The notes under the pieces were generated by a model. That model ran no database searches and had not been told where the DNA came from. It worked only from the letters and a program-made list of their open reading frames with translations. From positions 4,519-68,518 of the forward strand of contig JAODBO010000062.1 of assembly GCA_025464005.1 (NCBI GenBank): a stretch of 64,000 nt of DNA, read 5' to 3'. Of this stretch, positions 8,842 through 19,667 are shown in pieces. Position 1 is the stretch's first letter. Each line of letters starts with the position of its first letter. A program made the translations under genes and the position numbers. This DNA is from Acidimicrobiaceae bacterium (lineage in GTDB: Bacteria > Actinomycetota > Acidimicrobiia > Acidimicrobiales > Bog-793).

Positions 8842-9855
8842 CTAGGCCGAGCCGAGCAGCTCCGCCACGTCTGCCCGCTCTTCTTCCAGCTCGCGGGTGG
8901 TGAGGGCGATCCGCTCCTTCGCGAAATCGTCGTGCTCGAGCCCTTCGACGACCTCCCAGGAGGTTGCGCCCGATCGGACCGGGAAGCCGAACTGCAGCCC
9001 CTCGGGCACGCCGTACTCGCCGCGAGAGACGACAGCAAGCGAAGTCCAGTCCCCGGGCTCGGTAGTCGTACGAATGCTCACGATCGAGTCGATCGCCGCC
9101 GAGGCCGCCGAGGCCGCCGAGGAAAGGCCGCGTGCGTCGATGATTGCGGCTCCCCGCTTCTGGACGGTGGTGATGAACTCGCCGCGCAGCCATTCCTCGT
9201 CGTGGATCACCTCGGCGGCAGGCTTGCCCTCGATCCGAGCATGCGCGAAGTCGGGGAACTGGGTCGACGAGTGATTGCCCCAGATCGCGAGATTCGTCAC
9301 GGCCGCGACCGGCGTACCTGAGCGCCTCGCGAGCTGCGACTTCGCCCGGTTCTCGTCGAGGCGGGTCATCGCGAACCACCGCTCGGCGGGCACCTCCGGG
9401 GCATTCGATCGGGCGATGAGGCAGTTGGTGTTGCACGGGTTGCCGACGACGAGCACGCGCACGTCGGACGCCGCGTGCTCCGCAATCGCCCGGCCCTGCG
9501 GCTTGAAGATGCTGCCGTTGATCCCGAGCAGGTCTTTGCGCTCCATGCCTGCCTTGCGTGGCACGGAGCCGACGAGCAGGGCAATAGAGGTCCCCTCGAA
9601 GGCCTGCGCCAGGTCCGACGTCGCCTCGATGCCGGCCAGCAACGGGAAGGCACAGTCGTCGAGCTCCATCACGACACCCTCGAGCGCCTTCATCGCGGGC
9701 TCGATCTCGAGCAGCTGCAGCGCAACCGGCTGCTCGGGACCGAGCAGCTCACCCGCCGCTATGCGGAACAAGAGCGAGTAGCAGATCTGTCCCGCCGCGC
9801 CCGTGACGGTGACGCGGATCGGTGATCTCGTGGAGGTGGCAGCCGTGTCGTTCAC
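8842..9855 (-). CDS. mdh: Malate dehydrogenase
   Basis: [43 protein letters not shown]. Confidence 0.96.
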   Translation of the reverse strand: MNDTAATSTRSPIRVTVTGAAGQICYSLLFRIAAGELLGPEQPVALQLLEIEPAMKALEGVVMELDDCAFPLLAGIEATSDLAQAFEGTSIALLVGSVPRKAGMERKDLLGINGSIFKPQGRAIAEHAASDVRVLVVGNPCNTNCLIARSNAPEVPAERWFAMTRLDENRAKSQLARRSGTPVAAVTNLAIWGNHSSTQFPDFAHARIEGKPAAEVIHDEEWLRGEFITTVQKRGAAIIDARGLSSAASAASAAIDSIVSIRTTTEPGDWTSLAVVSRGEYGVPEGLQFGFPVRSGATSWEVVEGLEHDDFAKERIALTTRELEEERADVAELLGSA

Positions 9856-9958
9856 GACGGCGAGGCTATCCCCGCGGGGTGTGCGCGGTCAGATCCGTGC
9901 CGCGCGCAAAGCATGCCGGTCAGCGATCAGCGGTCGCCGGACCGAGCCTCCACCTCCG

Positions 9959-9993
9959 GTGCTCAGTGCTCAGTGCTCAGTGCCCAGTGCTCA
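9959..9993. repeat. Heptamer tandem repeat (GTGCTCA)x5
   Basis: GTGCTCA GTGCTCA GTGCTCA GTGCCCA GTGCTCA; the last unit contains the galK stop codon. Confidence 0.9.
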
Positions 9994-11139
9994 GTCAGGC
10001 GATGTCTTGGTCGCGGCGGGGGCCGCGACGAACACCCGGGGCGGTGCGAAACCTGCCGCCGCGAACGCCTCGACCACAGCCCGCTCGACGAGCCCGCTGT
10101 CCGAGCTACGCACGAGGGCGATGGCCGAGCCACCGAATCCGCCGCCGACCATCCGCGCGCCGAGGGCGCCCGTCGCCAGCGCCGAGTCGACGGCGACGTC
10201 GAGCTCGGGCGACGACACCTCGAAGTCGTCCCGGAGCGAGATGTGGCCGGCGGTGAGGATCGGGCCGATCTCGGCCACGCTGTCGTCCTCGAGGAGGCGA
10301 ACGACCTCGAGGACGCGTGCTCCTTCGGTGATGACGTGGCGCGCCCGCATCCGCAACTCTTCGCTGTCGAGGCGCGCGAGCGCCTCGCCCATGCGCGCTA
10401 TCTCGACGTCACGCAGGGCCGGCACGCCGATCTCGGCCGCCGCGACCTCGCACGCTCGCCGGCGCTCGGCGTAGGCGGAGTTGCCGAGCTCGTGGCGGAC
10501 CCGCGTGTCGAGCACCATGAGCTCGAGGCCGGCCGGCCCGAGCGCGAACGGCACCTGCCGACTCTCGAGCGACCGCGTGTCGAGCAGCAGCGCGGAACCG
10601 GGCACGCAGAGCAGCGACGCCATCTGGTCCATGATGCCGGTGGGGACCCCGACGAAGTCGTTCTCGGCGCGCTTTGCGAGAAGCGCCAGCTGCTCGAGGG
10701 ACAGGTCAAGCTCGAATGCCGCCCGAAGCGCCAGGGCGACGGAGCACTCGAGTGCGGCCGAAGATGACAAGCCGGCGCCGATGGGGACCTCGCTGTCCAC
10801 GCGGATGTCGGCGCCGCCGATCGTGTGGCCGGCCTCGCGCAGCGCCCACGCGACGCCGAGCACGTAGCCTGCCCAGCCCTTGTGGCCCGGCGGCCGCAGG
10901 TCGGCGAGCCGGACCGCCACGACCCGCTCGCCGCCGCCCGGCGTGCCCTGGGCCGATGCGACTCGCAGCACGTCGTCCTCACGGCGGGCGAGCGAAGCGT
11001 GCGCCTCCATCGGCAGCGAGGTCGGGAGCACGTAGCCGTCGTTGTAGTCGGTGAACTCGCCGATGAGGTTGACCCGGCCCGGGGCACTCCAGGTCCCCTC
11101 TTGCCTGCGACCGAAGAGCTCGACGAACGCGTCGCTCAC
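9991..11139 (-). CDS. galK: Galactokinase
   Basis: APGRVNLIGEFTDYN, PIGAGLSSSAA, GARMVGGGFGG; GTG start overlaps the galE stop. Confidence 0.95.
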   Translation of the reverse strand: MSDAFVELFGRRQEGTWSAPGRVNLIGEFTDYNDGYVLPTSLPMEAHASLARREDDVLRVASAQGTPGGGERVVAVRLADLRPPGHKGWAGYVLGVAWALREAGHTIGGADIRVDSEVPIGAGLSSSAALECSVALALRAAFELDLSLEQLALLAKRAENDFVGVPTGIMDQMASLLCVPGSALLLDTRSLESRQVPFALGPAGLELMVLDTRVRHELGNSAYAERRRACEVAAAEIGVPALRDVEIARMGEALARLDSEELRMRARHVITEGARVLEVVRLLEDDSVAEIGPILTAGHISLRDDFEVSSPELDVAVDSALATGALGARMVGGGFGGSAIALVRSSDSGLVERAVVEAFAAAGFAPPRVFVAAPAATKTSPD

Positions 11140-12101
11140 GACCGACCTGCGCGCTCGCGCAGCACCTGCCACGCGTCGCCGATCATCTGCTCGAGCGCGG
11201 GGCGAGTCGGCTCCCAGCCGAGCTCCCGCCTCGCCCGCTCCGCCGAGGCTACGAGCACAGCGGGGTCCCCTGGACGGCGCCCGGCCAGGTCGACCTCGAG
11301 CTCGACGCCGGTCACCTCTTCGACTGCGGCGAGAACCTCTCGCACCGAGAAGCCCGCCCCGTTGCCGAGGTTGTAGACGCGGTGATGCCCCGGTCGGATC
11401 ACGTCTAGCGCGACAAGGTGCGCGTCGGCCAGGTCGGCGACGTGGATGTAGTCCCGCACGCACGTGCCGTCTGGCGTCGGGTAGTCCTGCCCGTAGATGG
11501 CGAGACCCTGCCGCAGGCCGATCGCGGCCTCAAGCGCTATCGGCACGAGGTGCGACTCGGGGCTGTGCCGCTCACCACGACCCGCGTAGGCGCCGGCCAC
11601 GTTGAAGTACCGAAGGCTCACGGCGCCCAGCTCGCCCGCTTGCGCCTCCTCCGCGAGCATCTGGTCGACCGCCAGCTTCGAGGCGCCGTAGGGGTTGACC
11701 GGACGGGTTGGCGCGTCCTCGTCGATCGGGACAGTCTCCGGCTCGCCGTAGACGGCGGCGGTCGATGAGAACACGAGACGACCCACGCCGATATCGCGCA
11801 GCGCGTCGAGCAGCAGCCGGGTCCCGACGACGTTGTTGGCGTGGTACTTCTCGGGATCGGCGATCGACTCGGCGACGAGTGACGAGGCCGCCAGGTGCAC
11901 GACCCCGTCGAAGTGCCGGCCGGCGAGCGCGGCGCCGGCGTCGTGCACCTTGGACTCGACGAAGCTCGCCCCCTCGGGCACCGCGTCGAAGTGACCGGTG
12001 GAGAGGTCGTCGAGCACCGTCACCCCGTGGCCCTCTTCGAGGAGGCGCGTCGCGACGACGCTGCCGATGTAGCCCGCTCCGCCAGTCACGAGGAAGTTCA
12101 T
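11136..12101 (-). CDS. galE: UDP-glucose 4-epimerase
   Basis: MNFLVTGGAGYIGS, FSSTAAVYG, YGASK, LRYFNVAGA, DGTCVRDYIHV. Confidence 0.95.
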   Translation of the reverse strand: MNFLVTGGAGYIGSVVATRLLEEGHGVTVLDDLSTGHFDAVPEGASFVESKVHDAGAALAGRHFDGVVHLAASSLVAESIADPEKYHANNVVGTRLLLDALRDIGVGRLVFSSTAAVYGEPETVPIDEDAPTRPVNPYGASKLAVDQMLAEEAQAGELGAVSLRYFNVAGAYAGRGERHSPESHLVPIALEAAIGLRQGLAIYGQDYPTPDGTCVRDYIHVADLADAHLVALDVIRPGHHRVYNLGNGAGFSVREVLAAVEEVTGVELEVDLAGRRPGDPAVLVASAERARRELGWEPTRPALEQMIGDAWQVLRERAGRS

Positions 12102-13180
12102 CTCGCCAGCTCTCTCAGCCGCTGCGCGGCCATCTCCGGGAGGACGTCGTTCGCGAAGGCGTCCATGCCCGACTCGGACGCCGCGAGGTACTTCAGCTTG
12201 TCGACGGTGCGCCTCGTCGTGAACAGCTCGAGATGCAGCGCGGTGTCGGCACGGCCCTCGCGCACGGGTGCCTGGTGCCAAGCCGAGATATAAGGCGTCC
12301 GCCCGCCGAACAGGCCGTCGAAGCGGGCGAGGAGGTCGAGATAGATGGGCGGGAAGTCCTCTCGTTGCTCGTCGTCGAGAGCCACTAGGTCGGGTGTCCT
12401 TCGATGCGGGTAGAGGTGCACCTCGTAGGGCCAACGGGCGGCGTGGGGGACGAAGGCCGTCCACGACCGGTTCGACGTGACGATCCGCGTGCCCTCCTGC
12501 CGCTCCGCCGCGAGCACGTCGTCGAAAAGGTTGCGACCGGTCCTGCGCCGATGGGCGCCGACCGACGCAAGCATGCGCGACGTCCGTGGCGTGACGAATG
12601 GGTACGCGTAGATCTGGCCGTGCGGGTGCTGGAGCGTCACGCCGATCTCGGCGCCCCGGTTCTCGAAGCAGAAGACCTGTTCGACGGCTGGGATCGCGGA
12701 GAGCACCTTCGTCCGGTCCGTCCAGGCCTCGAGCACGAGCGATGCGTCGTCGAGGGAGAGGTCGACGAACGACGCGTCATGGCGCGGAGAGAAGCACACG
12801 ACCTCGCACCTGCCCGAGCCCGGGCGCCGCAGCAGCGGGCCGGCAGCAGCTTCGTCGACGGCGGAGGGCTCGGTCCCCAACAGCGCCGGGAAGCGGTTCT
12901 CGAGCACGACGACGTCGTAGTCGGCGGCGGGCACCTCGCTCGGGTGGCCCTCCCGCGACGGGCAGAGCGGGCAGTCTTCGGCCGCCGGGAAGTAGATCCG
13001 CTCCTGGCGGTAGGCGGCGACGATCACCCAAGCGTCGAGCAGCGCGTCGTAGCGGAGCTCCGACCCGGGAGGTCGGGGCTCGAGATGTCGGCGGTCCGTG
13101 CCGACGCGCGGGGGCGATCCGTCGTGGTCGTAGTAGACGAGCTCCCGGCCGTCCGCCAAGCGGATCGAGGTCGTCCTCAC
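12098..13180 (-). CDS. galT: Galactose-1-phosphate uridylyltransferase
   Basis: CPLCP, ENRFP, FENRGAEIGVTLQHPHGQ (HPH catalytic motif). Confidence 0.95.
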   Translation of the reverse strand: MRTTSIRLADGRELVYYDHDGSPPRVGTDRRHLEPRPPGSELRYDALLDAWVIVAAYRQERIYFPAAEDCPLCPSREGHPSEVPAADYDVVVLENRFPALLGTEPSAVDEAAAGPLLRRPGSGRCEVVCFSPRHDASFVDLSLDDASLVLEAWTDRTKVLSAIPAVEQVFCFENRGAEIGVTLQHPHGQIYAYPFVTPRTSRMLASVGAHRRRTGRNLFDDVLAAERQEGTRIVTSNRSWTAFVPHAARWPYEVHLYPHRRTPDLVALDDEQREDFPPIYLDLLARFDGLFGGRTPYISAWHQAPVREGRADTALHLELFTTRRTVDKLKYLAASESGMDAFANDVLPEMAAQRLRELAR

Positions 13181-13546
13181 CTGCGGCGCCTCGGGCGGGA
13201 CCTGTCGGCCCGCGCGCGGTCCGGCTTGCGCTGAATCCTGTGTGCTCCTGCCCGCTGCTCCACGACACCCCCGAGGACGAGCCGGACCAGTCGAGGTCCG
13301 GGGGATGTCCTCTTACGACCTCGCAAAGTCCTCTGATGACTACAGACCGGCGAGATGATGGCGGCCTCCCATCCCCCATGTCAAGCCGGGCGGGGCTCGC
13401 CCCAACCACGAGCCGTCCAGGCCACTTCCGCGACGGCTCCCCCCGACGCCTCCCTAAGGCCCTGCTCCGGATCTGAAGCCTTTCTCCAACCCGAGCTTTG
13501 CTCCGACTCGGGCTCCCCTCTCAGGCGCACCGAGCCGGTGCCCGGG

Positions 13547-14743
<1,197 letters not shown>

Positions 14744-14850
14744 GCAGCAAGCCTACTTCGGTGACCGCGAATTGCGCCTTTCGGCGCAGGCGTCGTCCGG
14801 CCGCCACGAGCGGTCAGCCGACCCGCGAGCGGTGCCCGGCGGGAATCCCG

Positions 14851-15732
14851 TCAGCCGGCGGTCGGAGCCTCGGGTGGAGCCAGACCGAGCGCGCGACAAA
14901 TCTCGACTGTGGAGGTGAACTGGTTCATCGTGTAGAAGTGCAGCCCGGGGACCCCCTCTGCGAGGAGCTTGCCGCACAGCTCGATGGCGATCTCTACTCC
15001 GACGCGGCGCACCTCATCGGGACCGTCGGCACGAGTGATCCGCTCGACCAGCGCGTCGGGCACAGCGCACCCGGAGAGCGCTGCCATCCGTTCGAGCGTC
15101 CGAACGCTCGTGATCGGCATGACGCCCGGCACCACGGGCTTCGTTACGCCGAGGGCCGCGAGGTCCTCGACGAGTCGCAAGTACTCGTCGACGTCGTAGA
15201 AGAACTGAGTGATGGCGAAGTCGGCGAGGGCGAGCTTCTCGGCGAGGCGCCGACGGTCCTCGACAAGCCCTGCGGCCTCGGGATGGCCCGCCGGGTGCGC
15301 GGCGACCGCGATGCAGAAGGGCCCGACCGACCTCACGAGCTCGACGAGCGCCGCCGCGTGCCCGAGCTCCCCGTCGGGAAGCGGCTCGGTGGCGTCCATG
15401 GGTGGGTCACCACGCAACGCCAGGACGTTCTCGATGCCGGCGTCGCGGTAGCGGACGAGGATGTCGACTAGCTCGGCGCGGCTGTGCGCAGCGCAGGCGA
15501 GGTGCGCCATCGCCGTCGTCCCGTGGTCGCGTTGCAACGAGACCACCAGGTCGTGCGTCCGGTCGCGCGTCGACCCGGCGGCACCGTAGGTGATGGAGGC
15601 GAATGCGGGTCGCAGCAGGTCCAGACGGTCGAGAGATGCCGCGAGGCGCGCCTCGGCAGCCTCCGAGCGTGGCGGCCAGAGCTCCACCGAGAGACAAGGC
15701 GCCCCGCCGAACAGATCGATGATCCGGGTCAT
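14851..15732 (-). CDS. metF: 5,10-methylenetetrahydrofolate reductase
   Basis: SVELWPPR, SITYGAAGSTR, LALRGDPP, AITQFF, GLHFYTMN; ATG 15732 overlaps the folD stop. Confidence 0.93.
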   Translation of the reverse strand: MTRIIDLFGGAPCLSVELWPPRSEAAEARLAASLDRLDLLRPAFASITYGAAGSTRDRTHDLVVSLQRDHGTTAMAHLACAAHSRAELVDILVRYRDAGIENVLALRGDPPMDATEPLPDGELGHAAALVELVRSVGPFCIAVAAHPAGHPEAAGLVEDRRRLAEKLALADFAITQFFYDVDEYLRLVEDLAALGVTKPVVPGVMPITSVRTLERMAALSGCAVPDALVERITRADGPDEVRRVGVEIAIELCGKLLAEGVPGLHFYTMNQFTSTVEICRALGLAPPEAPTAG

Positions 15733-16616
15733 CGGTCCCCGGTCGCCGGTCGCGCCCGCCGGCTCGCCGCTGCGACGGCGTTGCGAAGCAGCATCGCCCG
15801 CGTCATCGGCCCGACGCCGCCGATGCGCGGGGTGATGTACCCGGCGATCTTCGCGACGTCCTCGTCGACGTCCGATAGCAGCTTGCGACCCTCCCACGAC
15901 ACCCCCGCGCCGACGACAGCCGCGCCGGGCTTGACCATCGACGCGCTGACGAGCCCGGCGACACCGGCCGCGGCGATCACCACGTCCGCCTGGCGCACGT
16001 ACGAACCGATGTCGGCGACCCCCGTGTGCACGACCGTCACGGCGGCGTTGCACCCCGGGCGGCGCAGTGCGAGCAGCAACGCGAGCGGGCGGCCGATCGT
16101 GAGGCCGCGTCCGATGACGACGGCGTGCCTGCCCTCGACGGGCACACCGTAGGCGGCGAGCAGCTCGACGATGCCCGCCGGCGTGCACGGAAGCGGCCCG
16201 GGAGCACCCATCACGAGACGTCCGAGATTCGCCGGGTGCAGCCCGTCGACGTCCTTGTCCATGTCCACGGCGAACAGCACGCGCTCCTCGTCGAGGTGAG
16301 CCGGTAGCGGCAGCTGGACGAGGTAGGCATCGACCGCGGGGTCCTCGTTGAACCGGCGCACGACGGCTTCGAGGTCCGACTGGGAGATGTCGCCCGGGAG
16401 GTGCTCGTGGATCGACGCGATGCCGACCTCCGCGCAGTCCGCGTGCTTCAACGCGACATAGCGAGCGCTCGCCACGTCGTCCCCGACGAGGATGGTGCCG
16501 AGCCCCGGCGTGACGCCACGCTCGCGCAGCTCGTCGACGGTGGCGATCAGCTCCGCGCGCACACGGGCCGCTAGCGAGGCCCCGTCGAGAAGGAGGGCGC
16601 TCTCAGTGACGGAAAT
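15729..16616 (-). CDS. folD: Methylenetetrahydrofolate dehydrogenase/cyclohydrolase; start uncertain (ATT 16616 or GTG 16562)
   Basis: LVQLPLP, KDVDGLHP, PCTPAGI, TPRIGGVGPMT; the conserved ALLLDG N-terminus lies upstream of the first GTG. Confidence 0.9.
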   Translation of the reverse strand: MSVTESALLLDGASLAARVRAELIATVDELRERGVTPGLGTILVGDDVASARYVALKHADCAEVGIASIHEHLPGDISQSDLEAVVRRFNEDPAVDAYLVQLPLPAHLDEERVLFAVDMDKDVDGLHPANLGRLVMGAPGPLPCTPAGIVELLAAYGVPVEGRHAVVIGRGLTIGRPLALLLALRRPGCNAAVTVVHTGVADIGSYVRQADVVIAAAGVAGLVSASMVKPGAAVVGAGVSWEGRKLLSDVDEDVAKIAGYITPRIGGVGPMTRAMLLRNAVAAASRRARPATGDR

Positions 16617-18135
16617 GGCGCTCTCCCGTCATGACCATCGCGAGTCCCCGCTCGTCGGCCGCCGCTGTCACCTCGTCGTCGCGCAGCGACCCTCCGGGCT
16701 GCACGACGACGGAGACACCTGCATCCGCGACGGCGTCGAGTCCGTCTCGGAAGGGGAAGAACGCGTCGCTCGCGGCTACGCCGCCCTTGGCGCGACCGTC
16801 GGCCTTTCGCGTCGCGAGCGCGGCTGCATCGACGCGATTCTGCTGGCCGCAGCCGATCCCGAAGACCTGGCCGTCGTGGGCTAGGACGATGGCGTTGGAC
16901 GAGGTCCGCGCGCACACCCTCCAGGCGAGCTCGATGTCACGCCACTGCTCCGCGGCGGGCGTCGCCTTCGTGGCGACACGCCACGTCTCGCGGGACGCGA
17001 GGAAGCGGTCCGGCTCCTGGACGAGAAAGCCACCGCCGACCTGGCGCAGCGCCAGTTCGGGCTCTCCGGGGGCCGGCGCGGCGAGGGCGCGCATGTTCTT
17101 GCGCTTGGCCGCGAAGAGCGCGGCGGCCTCGGGTGAGATCGCGGGCGCCACCAGCACGTCGGCGAGCGCGTTGGCGACGATCGACTCCGCGAGCTCGAGG
17201 TCGACCGGGTCCGACAGCGCGACGATCCCGCCGAAAGCGGACACGGGGTCGCAGGCGAACGCCTGGGCGTAGGCGGTCGCGATGTCGCCCGCCACCGCGA
17301 CCCCGCACGGGTTGGCGTGCTTGACGATCACCGCCGCCGAAGCGGAGCCCCCGAGACCGAGGAGCTCGTGGAGGAGGCGCCAGGCCGCGTCGGCGTCGAA
17401 CAGGTTGAGGTAGGAGAGCTCACGCCCACCGTGCTGGACCACGCCGTCCAACCAGCCCGGCGCAGCACCAACACGCCGGTATCGGGCGCCGTGCTGGTGC
17501 GGGTTCTCGCCGTAACGGAGCGTCTCGCAGCGCTCGAGCGCGAGATGCACGCTCGGTGGGAGCACGTCACCCGCGTCGCCCCACGAGCCGCCGTCGTCGA
17601 ACCACGTGACGATGGCCGCGTCGTACGCCGCGGTGTGGGCGAAGGCGGCGCGTGCCAGCCTCCGGCGAGTCTCGGTCCCGAGGGACCCCTCGCGGCGCAG
17701 CTCGTCGAGCACGCCGCCGTAGTCCGCGGGGTCCACGACGACGCCGACGTGGTCGTGGTTCTTCGCCGCGGCCCGCACCATCGTGGGCCCGCCGATGTCG
17801 ATCATCTCGATCGACGGCTCGGAGCTGAACGGGTAGAGATTGCAGACGACGAGGTCCACGAGCCCGATCCCCCGGGCCTCGAGGTCGGCCAGGTGGTCAG
17901 GGTTCGAGCGGTCCGCCAGGATCCCGCCGTGGATCGCCGGATGGAGCGTCTTCACCCTTCCGCCGAGCATCTCGGGCGCGCCGGTCACTTCCGCCACCTC
18001 CCGGTGCGCGATTCCCGCCTCGTCGAGCGCCCGTGACGTGCCGCCGCTCGAGACGATCTCGAAGCCGAGATCGACGAGGCCACCAGCGAAGGCCGCGAGA
18101 CCCAACTTGTCGTAGACCGAGATCAACGCCCTCAC
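16603..18135 (-). CDS. purH: AICAR transformylase/IMP cyclohydrolase
   Basis: RALISVYDK, GRVKTLHP, IDIGGPTMVRAAAKN, LRYGENPHQ, KHANPCG, SDAFFPF, RHFRH; TAGTG overlap with purN. Confidence 0.96.
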   Translation of the reverse strand: MRALISVYDKLGLAAFAGGLVDLGFEIVSSGGTSRALDEAGIAHREVAEVTGAPEMLGGRVKTLHPAIHGGILADRSNPDHLADLEARGIGLVDLVVCNLYPFSSEPSIEMIDIGGPTMVRAAAKNHDHVGVVVDPADYGGVLDELRREGSLGTETRRRLARAAFAHTAAYDAAIVTWFDDGGSWGDAGDVLPPSVHLALERCETLRYGENPHQHGARYRRVGAAPGWLDGVVQHGGRELSYLNLFDADAAWRLLHELLGLGGSASAAVIVKHANPCGVAVAGDIATAYAQAFACDPVSAFGGIVALSDPVDLELAESIVANALADVLVAPAISPEAAALFAAKRKNMRALAAPAPGEPELALRQVGGGFLVQEPDRFLASRETWRVATKATPAAEQWRDIELAWRVCARTSSNAIVLAHDGQVFGIGCGQQNRVDAAALATRKADGRAKGGVAASDAFFPFRDGLDAVADAGVSVVVQPGGSLRDDEVTAAADERGLAMVMTGERHFRH

Positions 18136-18722
18136 TACCGCTCCTCCCATCCATCTGTCCCGTCACGTTCGAGCGCGTCGATGAACTCGCGCACAGTAGC
18201 GGGGTACAGCCGCCGCTCGACCTGTTTGATCCGCTCGTGGAGGCTCTCCACGGTGTCGCCGGAGAGGACCGGCACAGCTTCCTGGGCGAGGATCGGCCCG
18301 TCGTCCACCTCGAGCGTGGCGATGTGGACGGTGCAGCCGGTGACCTTGACGCCAGCGGCGATGGCCCCCTCGACGGCGTGCCAGCCCTTGAAGGCGGGCA
18401 GCAGCGCGGGATGGGTGTTGAGGACCTTGCCGGCGAAGCGCTCGTGGACCGACGGGCCGAGCACCGTGCCGAACCCGGCCATGGCGACGACGTCTACTGC
18501 GTGCTCGACGAGCGCTGCGACCACGGCATCGGTATAGCCGTCCCGGTCGAACGACTTGGAGAAGTCCCGTCGCTCCACCCGAACGACCGGCAATCCGGCC
18601 CGCTCGGCGACCTTCTCAGCACCACAAGCTCGATCTACGACGACGACTGCGACGGCGAGGTCGGCCTCGAGAAGCGCCTCCAGGATCGTTCCTGTACCCG
18701 ACGCGAGCGCCCCGATCCGCAC
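18135..18722 (-). CDS. purN: Phosphoribosylglycinamide formyltransferase
   Basis: ASGTGT, LNTHPALLPAFKG, GCTVH...VDDGPILAQ. Confidence 0.95.
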   Translation of the reverse strand: MRIGALASGTGTILEALLEADLAVAVVVVDRACGAEKVAERAGLPVVRVERRDFSKSFDRDGYTDAVVAALVEHAVDVVAMAGFGTVLGPSVHERFAGKVLNTHPALLPAFKGWHAVEGAIAAGVKVTGCTVHIATLEVDDGPILAQEAVPVLSGDTVESLHERIKQVERRLYPATVREFIDALERDGTDGWEER

Positions 18723-18776
18723 GGATGCACGCTACCAGCGGGCCATGGTGGGTCCGGCCCGGCTGCTGGCCGCCCG

Positions 18777-19667
18777 TCACGCCAGCTCGCTGACCACCTC
18801 GACCATCGCGTCGGCCGCCTCAGTCGGGTTGCGAGCAACGGTCACCCCTGCCCGGGAGAGTGCGGCCATCTTGGCCGCCGCGGTACCCTTCAAGCCCGAC
18901 ACGATCGCTCCGGCGTGGCCCATCTTGCGGCCGGGCGGCGCCGTCACGCCGGCGATGTAGGCGACGACCGGTTTCGTCATCTCCGAAGCGATGAACTCGG
19001 CCGCTTCCTCCTCGGCGTCTCCACCGATCTCGCCGATCAAGATGACGGCCTTGGTCTCGGGATCGGCCTGGAATGCCGCCAGGCAGTCGACGAAGCTCGT
19101 GCCCGGAACCGGGTCGCCACCGATGCCGACGCCGGTGGTCTGCCCGACGCCCTTCTGGGTGAGCTCGTAGAGCGCCTGGTAGAAGACGGTGCCCGAACGG
19201 CTCACGAGGCCGACCGGCCCTCCGGCGAGGGCGATGTCTCCCGACGTGATGCCGATGTTGCACTTGCCCGCGCTGATGATCCCCGGACAGTTGGGACCAA
19301 GGAGGCGGCTCCCGGGGAAGTTGCGCCGAAGCGTCGCGAAGACTCGCGCCTCGTCATGAGCCGGCACGAATTCGGTGATGCAGACGACGAACGGCACCCC
19401 AGCCTCGGCCGCCTCGAGGATCGCGGAGGCCGCACCGCTCGGGGGCACGGCGATGAACGAGGCGTTCGCGCCGGTCTCCTCGACCGCCTCGGCCACCGTC
19501 GCGTAGACCGGGATGCCTTCGATCATCTCGCCGCCGCGCTTGGGGTTGGTGCCCGCGACGACGTTCGTGCCGTAGGCCCGGTTGCGCAGACCGTGGTAGA
19601 GGCCCTGGCTCGTCGGGCTGAGGCCCTGGACGACGACCTTGGTGCTCTGGTCGACGAAGATGCTCAT
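18777..19667 (-). CDS. sucD: Succinyl-CoA synthetase alpha subunit
   Basis: [41 protein letters not shown]. Confidence 0.95.
   Translation of the reverse strand: MSIFVDQSTKVVVQGLSPTSQGLYHGLRNRAYGTNVVAGTNPKRGGEMIEGIPVYATVAEAVEETGANASFIAVPPSGAASAILEAAEAGVPFVVCITEFVPAHDEARVFATLRRNFPGSRLLGPNCPGIISAGKCNIGITSGDIALAGGPVGLVSRSGTVFYQALYELTQKGVGQTTGVGIGGDPVPGTSFVDCLAAFQADPETKAVILIGEIGGDAEEEAAEFIASEMTKPVVAYIAGVTAPPGRKMGHAGAIVSGLKGTAAAKMAALSRAGVTVARNPTEAADAMVEVVSELA

Noticed and set aside
13300-13350. Fluoride riboswitch resemblance (CTGATGACTAC)
   Set aside because: The 5' GGCGATGG..CGCC element is missing, the orientation is opposite to galT, and no crcB or eriC gene is nearby.
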